A model generated the notes under the pieces. It ran no database searches, was not told the origin of the DNA, and worked only from the letters and a program-made list of their open reading frames with translations. A program made the position numbers and the translations under genes. Positions 28,867 through 40,400 of a DNA stretch of 64,000 nucleotides are shown piece by piece. This DNA is from a virus. Its lineage: Duplodnaviria > Caudoviricetes. The first letter of the stretch is position 1. The number at the start of each line of letters is the position of its first letter. The stretch covers positions 1,045-65,044 of the IMG/VR virus record IMGVR_UViG_3300009027_000005; one strand, written 5' to 3'.

Positions 28867-30564
28867 ATGTGGTTACTAGCCATTAATACAGGTCACAACG
28901 GATCTTCCGCTTTATTTAAAGATAACGAACTTGTCTATTATGTAGAAGAAGATAGACTAAGTCGCTTAAAGTATGACGGAAATCCTTATCTTGGAATGGA
29001 AAAAGCATACGAATACACAGATCATATAGATTACTTATTACTGTGCGGAACAAGAAATGCCTTTGGAAAAATGCCTTGGACAGGTGAAGATCCTTATACT
29101 TGTTATATAAGGAAAAAACAACCAGGTATAAAGTTTGAAACAAAGATGTTTGGCGATGATCATCATTTAACACACGCGGCTACCGGATTTTACAATTCTG
29201 GATTTGACGAAGCAGCAATTGTAGTAGTAGACGGCGCAGGCAGTGGTTTTGACTTTCCAGAAATTCCCTCGCTAATGCAAGAAACTTGGGAAGTTGAATC
29301 GATTTATTCAATGAGATATCCAGCAGAACTTGAATGTCATGTAAAATATTATGGAGCAAACTTTAACGATAGTTTCCATTTAACAGATAACAATACGTAT
29401 GTAGAAATTTCTGACAGACACGGCTTAACAAAAGTATATGAAGCTGTAACGCAATTTTTAGGATTTCATGCAATTGAAGCTGGAAAAACTATGGGACTTG
29501 CTCCGTATGGAAAATTCAACGAAAGCATAAAATTAAACAACGGACAGTATACTAATAGAAATTTTGTTAAACCTAAGTTTCCTGCATCTAATTTTATAAT
29601 TGCAGACTTAGATGACGAATTATTAGAAATGCAAGGCGACGATGCATGGCATAAAGATGAAACTAAAGTAGGAGATTATCGTAAAGATCTTGCTTATATG
29701 GTGCAGCAAACTTCTGAAGAACGTTTAAAGCTATTAATACAAAAAGCAATAGATATTACAGGATTAACAAAAATAGTAATTTCGGGAGGCTTTGGACTAA
29801 ACTGTGTTGCTAATTATGCAATGCTTGAGGAATTTCCTGATATTGATTTTTACCATGAACCAATTGCACACGATGGCGGAAATGCTATAGGTGCATGTCA
29901 GTATGTGTACAGATCATTATCTGAAAATAAAGAAAAGACTCCCTTAAAAAGTTTATATTTAGGTCCTAAAAATGATAACAGATACAATGATATAGATTTT
30001 GCAGGTTTTGAAGTAATTGATTCTACAACAGAAGAAGTTGCTAAATTAATTGCAGATAAAAATATTGTTTGCATGTATCAAGGACGTTCTGAAGCAGGTC
30101 CTAGAGCTCTTGGTAACAGAAGCATACTTTTTGATCCTACTGTTAAAAATGGTAAAGATATTGTTAATGAAGTTAAGCGTAGAGAATGGTTCCGTCCATT
30201 TGCTGGGACAGTACTAGCTGAAAAAGCAAGTGAATGGTTTGATTTAAGAACTAAAAAAGAAACACCATTTATGATGTATGCTGTAAATGTAGTTGACAAT
30301 AAACAAGATATTATTCCTGCAATTACCCATGTCGATGGTACATGTCGTATTCAAACTGTAACAGAAAAACAGAATAAAAATTATTACAATTTGATCAAAG
30401 AGTTTGAAAAAATTAAAGATGTTCCTATACTCTTTAACACAAGTTTCAATTTGGGCGGAGATCCTCTTGTAGAAACAGTAGAAGAAGCATTGAGTACTTT
30501 AAAAAAGTCGGACTTGAAATATTTGTGGTTACCAGAAATTAACAAACTTGTTATAAAGGATTAA
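28867..30564 (+). CDS. Carbamoyltransferase, NodU/CmcH family
   Basis: HHLTHAA, VVDGAG, GKTMGLAPYG, GGFGLNCVAN, EAGPRALGNRS, KRREWFRPFA, HVDGTCRIQTV, NTSFN. Confidence 0.93.
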   Translation: MWLLAINTGHNGSSALFKDNELVYYVEEDRLSRLKYDGNPYLGMEKAYEYTDHIDYLLLCGTRNAFGKMPWTGEDPYTCYIRKKQPGIKFETKMFGDDHHLTHAATGFYNSGFDEAAIVVVDGAGSGFDFPEIPSLMQETWEVESIYSMRYPAELECHVKYYGANFNDSFHLTDNNTYVEISDRHGLTKVYEAVTQFLGFHAIEAGKTMGLAPYGKFNESIKLNNGQYTNRNFVKPKFPASNFIIADLDDELLEMQGDDAWHKDETKVGDYRKDLAYMVQQTSEERLKLLIQKAIDITGLTKIVISGGFGLNCVANYAMLEEFPDIDFYHEPIAHDGGNAIGACQYVYRSLSENKEKTPLKSLYLGPKNDNRYNDIDFAGFEVIDSTTEEVAKLIADKNIVCMYQGRSEAGPRALGNRSILFDPTVKNGKDIVNEVKRREWFRPFAGTVLAEKASEWFDLRTKKETPFMMYAVNVVDNKQDIIPAITHVDGTCRIQTVTEKQNKNYYNLIKEFEKIKDVPILFNTSFNLGGDPLVETVEEALSTLKKSDLKYLWLPEINKLVIKD

Positions 30565-30570
30565 TATCAA

Positions 30571-31137
30571 ATGGGAAGATTTTCAAATTATATAGATTCT
30601 ATAACTGAATATAGACAATCGAGAAAGTCTATCGGTATGTCTATATTTGGAGTTTTGTTAGATGATTCCACAATATTTACGCCAGGAGATATGCTAAACG
30701 TATACGAACATGTGCCCGAAGCACTAAGTGTTTTAAATCAAAAAGGATATGACTTTGTTTTGATTACTGGACAACCTAATCGTAGATCAAAAAACATCGA
30801 TCAAAAAGATTTTGAAAATATTATAGCCGCCATGCAAGAAATGTTCACAGATTTAGGTTGTACAATAAGAGGCTCTTATTATACCAATTTAACAGAAAAA
30901 AGTGATCCATATGTAAAGCCTAATACAGGTATGTTTAAAAAAGCAGAAAGTGATAAAAAAATTACATGGAATGAAAGTTTTTATATAGGCGTCGACACTA
31001 ATGATATAAAAGCAGCAAATGCTGTTAATGCGACTCCTATATTGTTAGGCACTTTATCAGATATCGATAGTGTTTCTCTAAATAAAATTAATTTACAAAC
31101 TTTTAAAAACTTACTAGAATTTGCAAAAGCTATTTAA
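30571..31137 (+). CDS. GmhB-like HAD protein with degenerate catalytic motif
   Basis: Colinear with 40607-41224 (KPNTGMFK, D.KAA, A.PIL) but IGMSIFGVL replaces IGIDRDGVI. Confidence 0.7.
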   Translation: MGRFSNYIDSITEYRQSRKSIGMSIFGVLLDDSTIFTPGDMLNVYEHVPEALSVLNQKGYDFVLITGQPNRRSKNIDQKDFENIIAAMQEMFTDLGCTIRGSYYTNLTEKSDPYVKPNTGMFKKAESDKKITWNESFYIGVDTNDIKAANAVNATPILLGTLSDIDSVSLNKINLQTFKNLLEFAKAI

Positions 31138-31172
31138 TTTAAATCTAGCTAAATACTACTGAGAGGACTAGT

Positions 31173-33920
31173 ATGCCAAATTTAAGTAAATATTTTGTAC
31201 AAGGGCTTAATAAAACGCTCCGTTTACAAAGCGGAGTAAATTTTTCTTATAAAGGCCCATGGGTTCAATTGTATCCAAATACTGTTTTAGACCAATGGTA
31301 CTATGGCGACTTCTGTGCTGCTGAATATACTGTTGTAGTAGATTTTGGCGGGCAAGATAAAGAAATAATAAAATTCCTTGTAATTGCAGATGTTAATAAT
31401 GCTAATATAACCGAATACGGCAGAACCAATCTCGGAAGAAATTTGGTTGATATTACAGCCCAAGTTAATGCATCTAACATAAGCATTTTAATTAATCCTG
31501 CTATTTCTGAAGATAGTACAGCCAGTACTGGAGCAAAAGTAATTTATAGTGCTTCATACTTCCATAGTATTAACGATATAGGTGCTTCTTCAGTGCCTAG
31601 TTATTTGCCTCCGCAAGAAGTTGTTCCTACATATACTGTAACTCCGGCAACTAATAGTGTAGATGAAGGATCTCCGCTAACAATAAATGTCTCTACAACA
31701 AATGTCGAAGATGCAACTGTTTTATATTGGACTGCAAGTAATGCATCTGATTTTGGAACATCTAGTGGTAGTTTCACAATTACAAGTAACACGGGCAGTT
31801 TTACAGTCACTCCAACAGCTGATAGTACAACAGAAGGTGCAGAAACATTTACTGTAAGTATTAGGTCAGATAGTATTAATGGAACAGTTTTAGATACTAC
31901 TAACAATATAACTATTAATGACACAAGTACTACTCCAATTATTTTACCTACATATACTGCAACTCCAGCAACCGATAATGTAGATGAAGGCAGTGCATTA
32001 ACTATAAATGTTGCTACAACTAATGTAGATGATGCTACAACATTATACTGGACTGTTTCGTCTTCGGGAGATTTTAATATAGCAAGCGGTAGTTTTGTAA
32101 TTACAAGCAATGCTGGAAACTTTAATGTTACACCTGGAAATGATTTTGTTACTGAAGACTCTGAAACATTTACTGTAAGTATTAGAACCGGAAGCATTTC
32201 AGGAACTATTGTAGACACAACTGATACTATTACTATAAATGACACAAGTACAACTCCTACAGGCATAGTTTATAATGTCACAGTTGCTTCTGGCACTAAC
32301 ATATACGGGACAGGAAATAAGTACTACATCGATGGATTTGTAGGCCCAAGTCCTACATTAAATTTAATAGAAGGACAAACTTATATATTTAGACAAAGTG
32401 ATCCTTCCAATGATACACACCAGCTTAAATTTTCTACAACACCCAACGGGATTTGGGGAGGCGGCATCGAGTATACCACAGGCGTTACTACAGTAGGCAC
32501 AGCAGGAACACTAGGATCTTACACTCAAATAACAGTTGCTTCGGATGCTCCAACATTATATTATTATTGTGTAAATCATAGCGGAATGGGAGGTACTGCA
32601 AATACACCTGGAGAAGATACGCCAATTTATGATAGTTTAAGTTCGCCATCAAATGCAAATGAAGGCGATACTATTACATTCTCACTCTTAACACAAAATA
32701 TTCCTGATAGTACAACTGTTGGATATACAATCACAGGTATAACTGAAGACGATATTTCTTCAGGAACATTGACAGGCACAATAACTATATCTAATAACAC
32801 AGGATCAACAAGTATTGTAATAGATAATGACGAATTAATAGAAGGAAGTGAAGTTGTAACTTGTACTATCGATGCAACAGATAGTGAAGGAAATAACACT
32901 GGATCATTAGAATCTGAAACAACAATTGCAGACACTAGTGTACCAACACCGACGTATACTGCAACACCAGTATCTAATAGTATAGATGAAGGTAGTGCAT
33001 TAACAATAAATGTGGCTACAACAAATGTAGATGATGCTACAACATTATATTGGACTGTTACAAATGCAGGAGACTTTGGCACTGCTAGTGGAAACTTTAC
33101 TATTACCAGTGATGCAGGTAGTTTCACAGTTACACCAACAGCTGACAGTACAACAGAAGGTGCAGAAACATTTACAGTAAGCATCAGAACAGAAAGTACT
33201 TCAGGAACTATTGTAGACACAACTGATACTATTACTATAAATGATACAAGCACAACACCTGCTGATCCGCCAACATATAGCTTATCTCCTGCTGAAAATA
33301 ATATAGATGAAGGTAGTGCATTAACAATAAATGTCACTACAACAAATGTAGATGACGGTACAACATTATATTGGACAGTCACTAATGCAGGAGACTTCGA
33401 CACTACAGCTGGACAAGTTACAATTAATAGTAACGCAGGCAGTTTTACAGTGACTCCGAGAGCAGACGAATTTACAGAAGGTGCAGAAACATTCACAGTT
33501 CAACTTAGAACTGATAGTTTAGTTGGTACTGTTGTAGACACAACTGATCCTATTAATATAAACGATACAAGTACAACTCCGGTATTTGCAGCAGATTATA
33601 CAATTACTGTTACTAACAGTGGCAATAATTACTTATTATCAGGCTCAGATAGAAATGGATCATTTACAAATGCATCGCAACCTACTCTAGCATTTAATGA
33701 CGGAGATTTAGTTCAATTTAATATTAACAGCAGTACGGCTGTAGCACACCCGTTTTATATTAAAACCACACAAAGCACAGGAACAGGTAACCAGGTAGCA
33801 GGAGTTACAGGTGCAGGTTCTGAAACAGTAGAATGGGATACAAGTGTAGCAGGATCGGGCACTTATGGGTATCAGTGTTCTATTCACTTTGGAATGTGGA
33901 ACACAATTACAGTGACATAA
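31173..33920 (+). CDS. Virion appendage protein with Calx-beta/Ig-like repeats and two cupredoxin-like domains
   Basis: Four DEGS.LTINV.TTNV.D.T.LYW...EG.ETFTV...ITINDTS repeats; YYYCVNHSGM and YQCSIHFGM; TAAATA at 31150. Confidence 0.75.
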   Translation: MPNLSKYFVQGLNKTLRLQSGVNFSYKGPWVQLYPNTVLDQWYYGDFCAAEYTVVVDFGGQDKEIIKFLVIADVNNANITEYGRTNLGRNLVDITAQVNASNISILINPAISEDSTASTGAKVIYSASYFHSINDIGASSVPSYLPPQEVVPTYTVTPATNSVDEGSPLTINVSTTNVEDATVLYWTASNASDFGTSSGSFTITSNTGSFTVTPTADSTTEGAETFTVSIRSDSINGTVLDTTNNITINDTSTTPIILPTYTATPATDNVDEGSALTINVATTNVDDATTLYWTVSSSGDFNIASGSFVITSNAGNFNVTPGNDFVTEDSETFTVSIRTGSISGTIVDTTDTITINDTSTTPTGIVYNVTVASGTNIYGTGNKYYIDGFVGPSPTLNLIEGQTYIFRQSDPSNDTHQLKFSTTPNGIWGGGIEYTTGVTTVGTAGTLGSYTQITVASDAPTLYYYCVNHSGMGGTANTPGEDTPIYDSLSSPSNANEGDTITFSLLTQNIPDSTTVGYTITGITEDDISSGTLTGTITISNNTGSTSIVIDNDELIEGSEVVTCTIDATDSEGNNTGSLESETTIADTSVPTPTYTATPVSNSIDEGSALTINVATTNVDDATTLYWTVTNAGDFGTASGNFTITSDAGSFTVTPTADSTTEGAETFTVSIRTESTSGTIVDTTDTITINDTSTTPADPPTYSLSPAENNIDEGSALTINVTTTNVDDGTTLYWTVTNAGDFDTTAGQVTINSNAGSFTVTPRADEFTEGAETFTVQLRTDSLVGTVVDTTDPININDTSTTPVFAADYTITVTNSGNNYLLSGSDRNGSFTNASQPTLAFNDGDLVQFNINSSTAVAHPFYIKTTQSTGTGNQVAGVTGAGSETVEWDTSVAGSGTYGYQCSIHFGMWNTITVT
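31627..33580 (+). repeat. Four ~310-bp intragenic repeats in two tandem pairs
   Basis: Copies at about 31627, 31948, 32950 and 33272 share long identical DNA blocks such as tcaggaactattgtagacacaactgatactattactataaatga. Confidence 0.85.
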
Positions 33921-33929
33921 GGAATTTAG

Positions 33930-34472
33930 ATGGCAGTTACATATTCAAAATTTGAAACAGGAAAAGGTTATAAATCACCAAATCTAGATATAGATCTAGA
34001 CGGAAATATTATAGCAAGTTCAATAGATGTAAACCTTATAAAACTAGACGGAGAAGTATTATTTCAAGCTGGAAGCTCAGATGACGGCGACCCTGTACAA
34101 ACTGCATTATCAGATAACATAACATCTAGTAATTTACAACGTCTGGGTGTACTTACAAGTTTGACTGTAGAAGGCGATGCTACAATATCAAACGGACTAG
34201 TACAAATTACTAGCGCCACTACTGGATCGATAAATAATATCAATATAGGAGGAGTAACCCCTAGAGATGGAGATTTTGTTGCACTAACAGCAACCAGCGG
34301 AACAATAACTACTCTAAATTCTACAAGTTTTACTACTTCTACCGTAACAACAGATAACATAACTACAGATACAGCAACAGTTAATAATGCTCCAACATTA
34401 GAAAGTCATGCTACTAATAAAGGTTATGTAGATACACAAATAACAGCACTGTCTATAGCACTTGGAAGTTAA
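33930..34472 (+). CDS. Short fibre-like structural protein
   Basis: SSNLQRLGVLTSLTV, GSINNINIGG, HATNKGYVD, C-terminal LSIALGS. Confidence 0.65.
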   Translation: MAVTYSKFETGKGYKSPNLDIDLDGNIIASSIDVNLIKLDGEVLFQAGSSDDGDPVQTALSDNITSSNLQRLGVLTSLTVEGDATISNGLVQITSATTGSINNINIGGVTPRDGDFVALTATSGTITTLNSTSFTTSTVTTDNITTDTATVNNAPTLESHATNKGYVDTQITALSIALGS

Positions 34473-34475
34473 AAA

Positions 34476-37400
34476 ATGGCAAAAACACAAATACAAGACT
34501 ACATATTTCACCCAGGGTTAGGCGCAAATGATAATCTTTATCCTAATGCATATAGCTTGGTTGAATCTAATAAATTATTCATTCAAAAAGAAGCTACAGC
34601 TTGGATTCAAAGTCAAATCGATGCAGCAGAGCCTGACTTTATAGGATACACCTATAATTCTGCTAAATGTGAAAGAGATATTGGCTATAATATTGATGCA
34701 TATCTTGCAGACTTAAGATACGGTGGAAATGAAAATACATATAATGTTGTAAAATACTATTGGGATCAAGATGTTGCGCAAATTGATGGTAATAGGGCAG
34801 TAGAAGTTGCTACATACGGATTTATTAAAGATCTAATTCAAATATATATTTTACCTAATGCAAGTTATACTCCGATAAATTTAGAAGTAACTCAAACAAT
34901 CGACGTATCAAAAACAGCAGAATCAGGAACTTCAAGTATCTTAGGAACACTCATAGATGCAACTGCTGATGTAATTGAAACTGGCTTGTCAGAATTTCCT
35001 ACATTTGAAGAAAGTGGCCAAGGCTTTATAAAGATGCAAGGCAAACATGATATTGCTAATATTTTGTTGATTACAAATGCTACTGATAGTAAAATAATTT
35101 TTAATTTTAGTAGTATAGACACAGGAGGCAATGTCGAATTAATATCTACAACAGATTCAGATTTTGTAACATTTAAACAAACTGTTGATTATGTTTCTAA
35201 ACTTTATTTGAACTATGATACAAGTTCAATGAGTTCTACAGACGAATTAATAATATTTACAGAATATACAGAAAACGGACAAAGTGTTACAACTACAAGA
35301 CCTTATAATTTTGGTACTGATGCTATTGAACGTAATAGAGTTGCACCGCCACTTTCAATGCTTGACGCTGACTTTGAGTACGGTCTACAGCCTACTAAGT
35401 GGGCAGCAATTGGAACATTAAGAGGTTATCCAAGCATATATGAAGTACCAGGAACAGATACTCCAGTATTAAGCGTAACTACAAATGCTAGTTCTGTAAA
35501 CACATATATTTTTACAGCTACTAATAACGGAACTAGTGATTGGGTACTAACAGGCGAAGATAGAAATGGTACTATCACGGCTGTTAATGATCCTGCAATT
35601 TATATTGTTGAAGGTGACACCTTGCAATTTGTTAATAACGCATCAAATTCTCATCCGTTTTATATAAAAACAGCAGCCGGTACAGGAACTGGCAATCAAG
35701 TAGAAGGTGTAATAGATCAAGGTGGATCAGGCGGGACTGTGATAGAATGGACTCCGCCAACAGGTTCTGCTGGCACATATTATTATCAGTGTTCAAGCCA
35801 TGCAGGTATGGTTGGTGAAATTATTGTACAAACAAACACAGAAGGTGCTGGTTCCGGGCAATCTCTAATTACTGTAACAACAGTTGGTGCGCACGGGTTT
35901 GAAACAGGAACTCCTATTACAATAAAAGCACTAGAAGATAGTGTCACTGGAGCATCAAGAGCTGAAGGTAGTTTTGTAATATATAGTGTTCCAGACACAA
36001 ATCAGCTAACATACTTTGCAAAAGCTCAAGTAGGTGATACAAATGGAGAAGTTCTAAGCACAACATATACACAGCTTAGACAAGCAGGGTTTTATACCGG
36101 AGCAGATATAGGAAATCCTATATTTACTGTAGTAACAAACGGCTCTGGCGGAAATATATTTACAGAACTAACAACACCATCTGGGTCGACAAATATTCCA
36201 TATGACGGTCCAGCACCAGCTGTTGCCGCTCCTGTAAGCGGCACTGGTATTGATCCTGGAACACAAGTTACAGGTACTATTGATCAATCAGAAGGTGGTG
36301 GCGTATATCTTACTCCTGTAGTTGTAGGAGATTATACTACTGGCGCAAGTACAATAACAGTATTTGATGCCACAGGCATTATCGATGATCTTGCTACTGA
36401 TAACGGATCAGGAACTGCAACTTACGTTGAAAGTGTAGCTGGCAATGATATAAGTTTTACAACCGCATTTACAAGTGCGATTATTGGTAATAGAACTACT
36501 TATAATAATGTTTCAGGAGATAATATAGTAGGTACAGGCACCAATGCTGAGTTTACAATATCTAAAGCAGACGGAATATATACAATTGATAGTATAGATG
36601 CTGCAGGTTCAGATTATATTATCGGAGATAGGTTTTTAATCTCAGGCACTGATTTATCAGGGATAACGCCCGATAATGATTTATTAATAACTGTACAAAC
36701 AGTTGACGCAGATGGCGGAATTGCAACTGTAACAAGTTCTGGAGAAGCATTTGATGGTGCATATGTAACCGAAAGTATAAGTCCTGATGTAGAAGGAGGG
36801 GACGGAGTAGATGCATTATTTGATGTTGCATATTCTTCTAATACGTTTAGCACAGTAACACTTAATACATCTGTGAGTACTTCTAGCGGATACATAGAAG
36901 GTGATAGATTAAAAATAAGTGGAGCAATTTTATCTCCAGTCGGCGTAGACGGAACTAATGATTTAATAATTGATGTACTTACTGTTGATGCAGGTACAGG
37001 CGAAATTTTAACTTTTAATTTTAGCGGCACAGCACCTAATGCAGAAAATACATACGTTGCAGCAACATATACATCTACTACTGTAGCTGGCACGGGAGCT
37101 GTTTTTGATGTTACAAAAACAGGCACAGTTTATTCTGCTGTAGAAACAAGCGGAGCAACAGCAGATTATGTTATAGGAGAAACATTCACTGTTAGTGGCA
37201 GCGATGTAGGAGGTTCTCCTTCAACAAACGATGTTACAATTACAATCGATAATGTAGATGGCTCTGGAGCAATCACAGCATTTAGTGTATCGGGCGTAGC
37301 TAGTAACAGTGATAGCTTAACGTTACAAGGCGGTACAAATTTAGTAGGCACAGGCGCAGAATTTGAAATAGAACAGTTTGCAGATTCTACAAGTTATGAC

Positions 37401-40400
37401 GTATTATTACTAAACGGAGGAAGTGATTATGCTGCCAATCAAGAATTTATTATTCTAGGATCGACATTTTTTGGCGATGATGTAACTAATGATTTAACTA
37501 TTACAATAGATAGTGTAGACGCAGCCGGAGCCATAACTGCTATATCTGTTTCTGGAACAAGTACAGACGGTTCGAGTGTACATAGTGGTTTAACACCGCC
37601 TCTAGATTCAGTTGAAGGTGCTGGAGCTACATTTAATGTTCTTAGAGCAGATAGCGGATACACTACAACTGTAGCGTCAGGCGGTTCTGGCTATAAAGCA
37701 GGGAATAGTCTTACAATATCAGCAGCAGATTTGGGAGGTGTCGATCCAGATCATAATTTAACTATAAGAATTGATTCAGTATCAGGCGGCGCAATATCTA
37801 CATTTACTCAAGTATATACTAGTGCATACGAAGGTGATATTTTTGATTTAATTAGTACAGTTCAAATATCAGAACCAACTACAGCTGAAATACCAGCAGC
37901 AACAAATCTTCCGTATACAGCACTTGCAACACTAGAAGCTGAATTTGATAATGCTCATGGACTTGTACCAGGAGATACATTTATTGTAACTATCAGTTCA
38001 GATAGCGGAACAAATCAACACGAAATTGCAAGCGGATCGTTCTTTGCATCTGATGTTCCTACAAGTAATACACTACGCTGGCAAGCTAGAAGTGCAGGGT
38101 TTATAGACGATGACGGAGACATTACCGGAGCCATATACCCAGGACCAGATTCATTCTTTATTCACAGACCATACGATGGCGGTGTGCAGTTAGGTACAGG
38201 TGGTCCACAGCACGGTGCGCAAGCAATACGTCAAAGTAAAAAATACATTCGTTACCAATCAGGTAAAGGTATTATGTATACAACTGGTGCACTATTTGCA
38301 CCAAGTTATGACTTGCGTAGTGTTACAGCATCTGATGTTGAAGTCGGCGCATTAATTACAATTGAAACAGACGATAATGATCACGGTGTACAAGAAGGCG
38401 GAATTATTCGTCTGTTAGGTATAGAAACGCCTGGTTACAACAGCGGAGACGAAACTGCTGTTCCGCCGAGATTTGATTACGAAGTTGTTAATGTTATCGA
38501 CGAACGAACTTTCCAAGTTCGTGCTCAACGTAGATTAGGTGCAACTAGTGCAGTACTAGGATTTGCAGCACAAATGACAGTAGTAAGTTGGCACGGCGCA
38601 ACAGTCCGTTCAGGCATCTTCGATGACCAAAATGGTATTTTTTGGGAATACGATGGAACAAATTTAAGTGTTGTACAACGTACAGGTACTAAACAAGTAG
38701 CTGGTACTATAGCAATGGATATTGACGATAATTTAATAACAGGAACAAATACAAGATTTAGAGATCAGTTAACAGCTGGAGATAGAGTAATTATTAAAGG
38801 TATGACGCATGTTGTATCTCATGTGATTAGTCAAACTGAAATGACAGTTACTCCGGACTGGAGAGGTGTTGTAGACATTTCCGGTACTAAGATGCTTTTA
38901 ATTAGTGATAAAAAAGTTAAGCAAGAAGATTTTAATTTAGATAGATTAGACGGCACTGGTCCTAGTGGATATAATTTAGATACTGGTAAAATGCAGATGA
39001 TTGGCATTCAGTATTCATGGTATGGTGCTGGTTTCATTGACTTTATGCTACGTGGTTCAGATGGTAACTTTGTATTCTGTCATAGAATGCGCAACTCAAA
39101 CGTAAACACAGAAGCATTTATGCGTTCGGGTAACTTGCCTGTACGTTACGAAGTTACTAACGAAGGACCTCCAGGAAAACTTGCAGCAGCAATGACTGAT
39201 AGTCAAGATACTATATCTCTTGTAGATTCAAGCTTCTTTCCAGATAGCGGTGTAGTATATATAGACAATGAGATTATAAGTTTTACAGGCAATAATAAAA
39301 CAACAAATACACTAACAGGTTGTACAAGAGCCGATACTTTTAGAAATTTCCAAGCAGGCGCCCAACGTCAATATACAGCAGGAGCAGCAGCAACACACGA
39401 TGACAGAACTGGTGTAATTCTAATAAGTTGTACAATTACTCCTTTAATTAGTCACTGGGGTTCTGCATTCTTAACAGACGGTGGATTTGATGAAGACCGT
39501 GGTTATATTTTCTCATATGCTGAAACAGGATTAGAAGTTAGTACAACTCCTGCAACCGCATTTATGATTAGATTATCTCCAAGTGTTTCAAACGCACTTG
39601 TAGGTGACTTGGGTGAAAGAGAACTACTAAATCGTGCGCAGTTACTACTGCAAAGTTTAGAAGTTACTTCAGACACAGGCACAGGCGGTATTGTTGTTGA
39701 AGGTGTTCTTAACCCGCAAAACTATCCTACAAACCCTAGTTTTGTAGACTGGAGCACACTAAGCTCACAAGCACAAGGCGGTCAGCCTAGTTTTGCACAA
39801 ATTGCTTCAAGTGGTGCTATTACTTGGTCTACGGACTCAGCATCTACAGTTGTAAATCCACAAAGTGCTGCATTCCCTAGTGCAAGTGTTACACTAGATC
39901 CTTACCCATACGACAATCTTTCTCTAGACAGCGGCTGGGATAGAATTTATATTCTATCAACTACATGGAATGCAAATTATACAGATATTCGAGAAAATGA
40001 TAAAATAAGTGGAACTGGAATTGCATCAGGAACAGAAGTAGACAAAATTAGAACAAATCAATGGATTGACGGTCAAAGGTATACGGTAATTACAATGTCA
40101 AACGATGCTACACAAAATGTTAGCGGTCAGACTACAGTTACCTTTACTAGAGAATATAGAACTAGTAGTACTTCGGTAATGTATTTTGATAAGACGTCCT
40201 GGGATACATCTGGTGTTGTTGCAGGAACCACTACAACAGATCCAAATTTTGCTGCTAATACACAAGTAAGTGGCGTAAGTTTAGATTCGTATCTTGGCAC
40301 TCAATACTATGAAGTTAAATTTAGTAACTCTTATAATGCTACTATTAATCCAGGAGTTACTACAGTTGAATTTACATTTATTGAACCAGTATATGCATTA

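Noticed and set aside
31601-33496. Long minus-strand ORFs (221 and 289 aa) and many similar antisense ORFs across the window
   Set aside because: They are shadows of Thr/Ser/Asp-rich sense genes with biased codons, with no RBS or protein motifs
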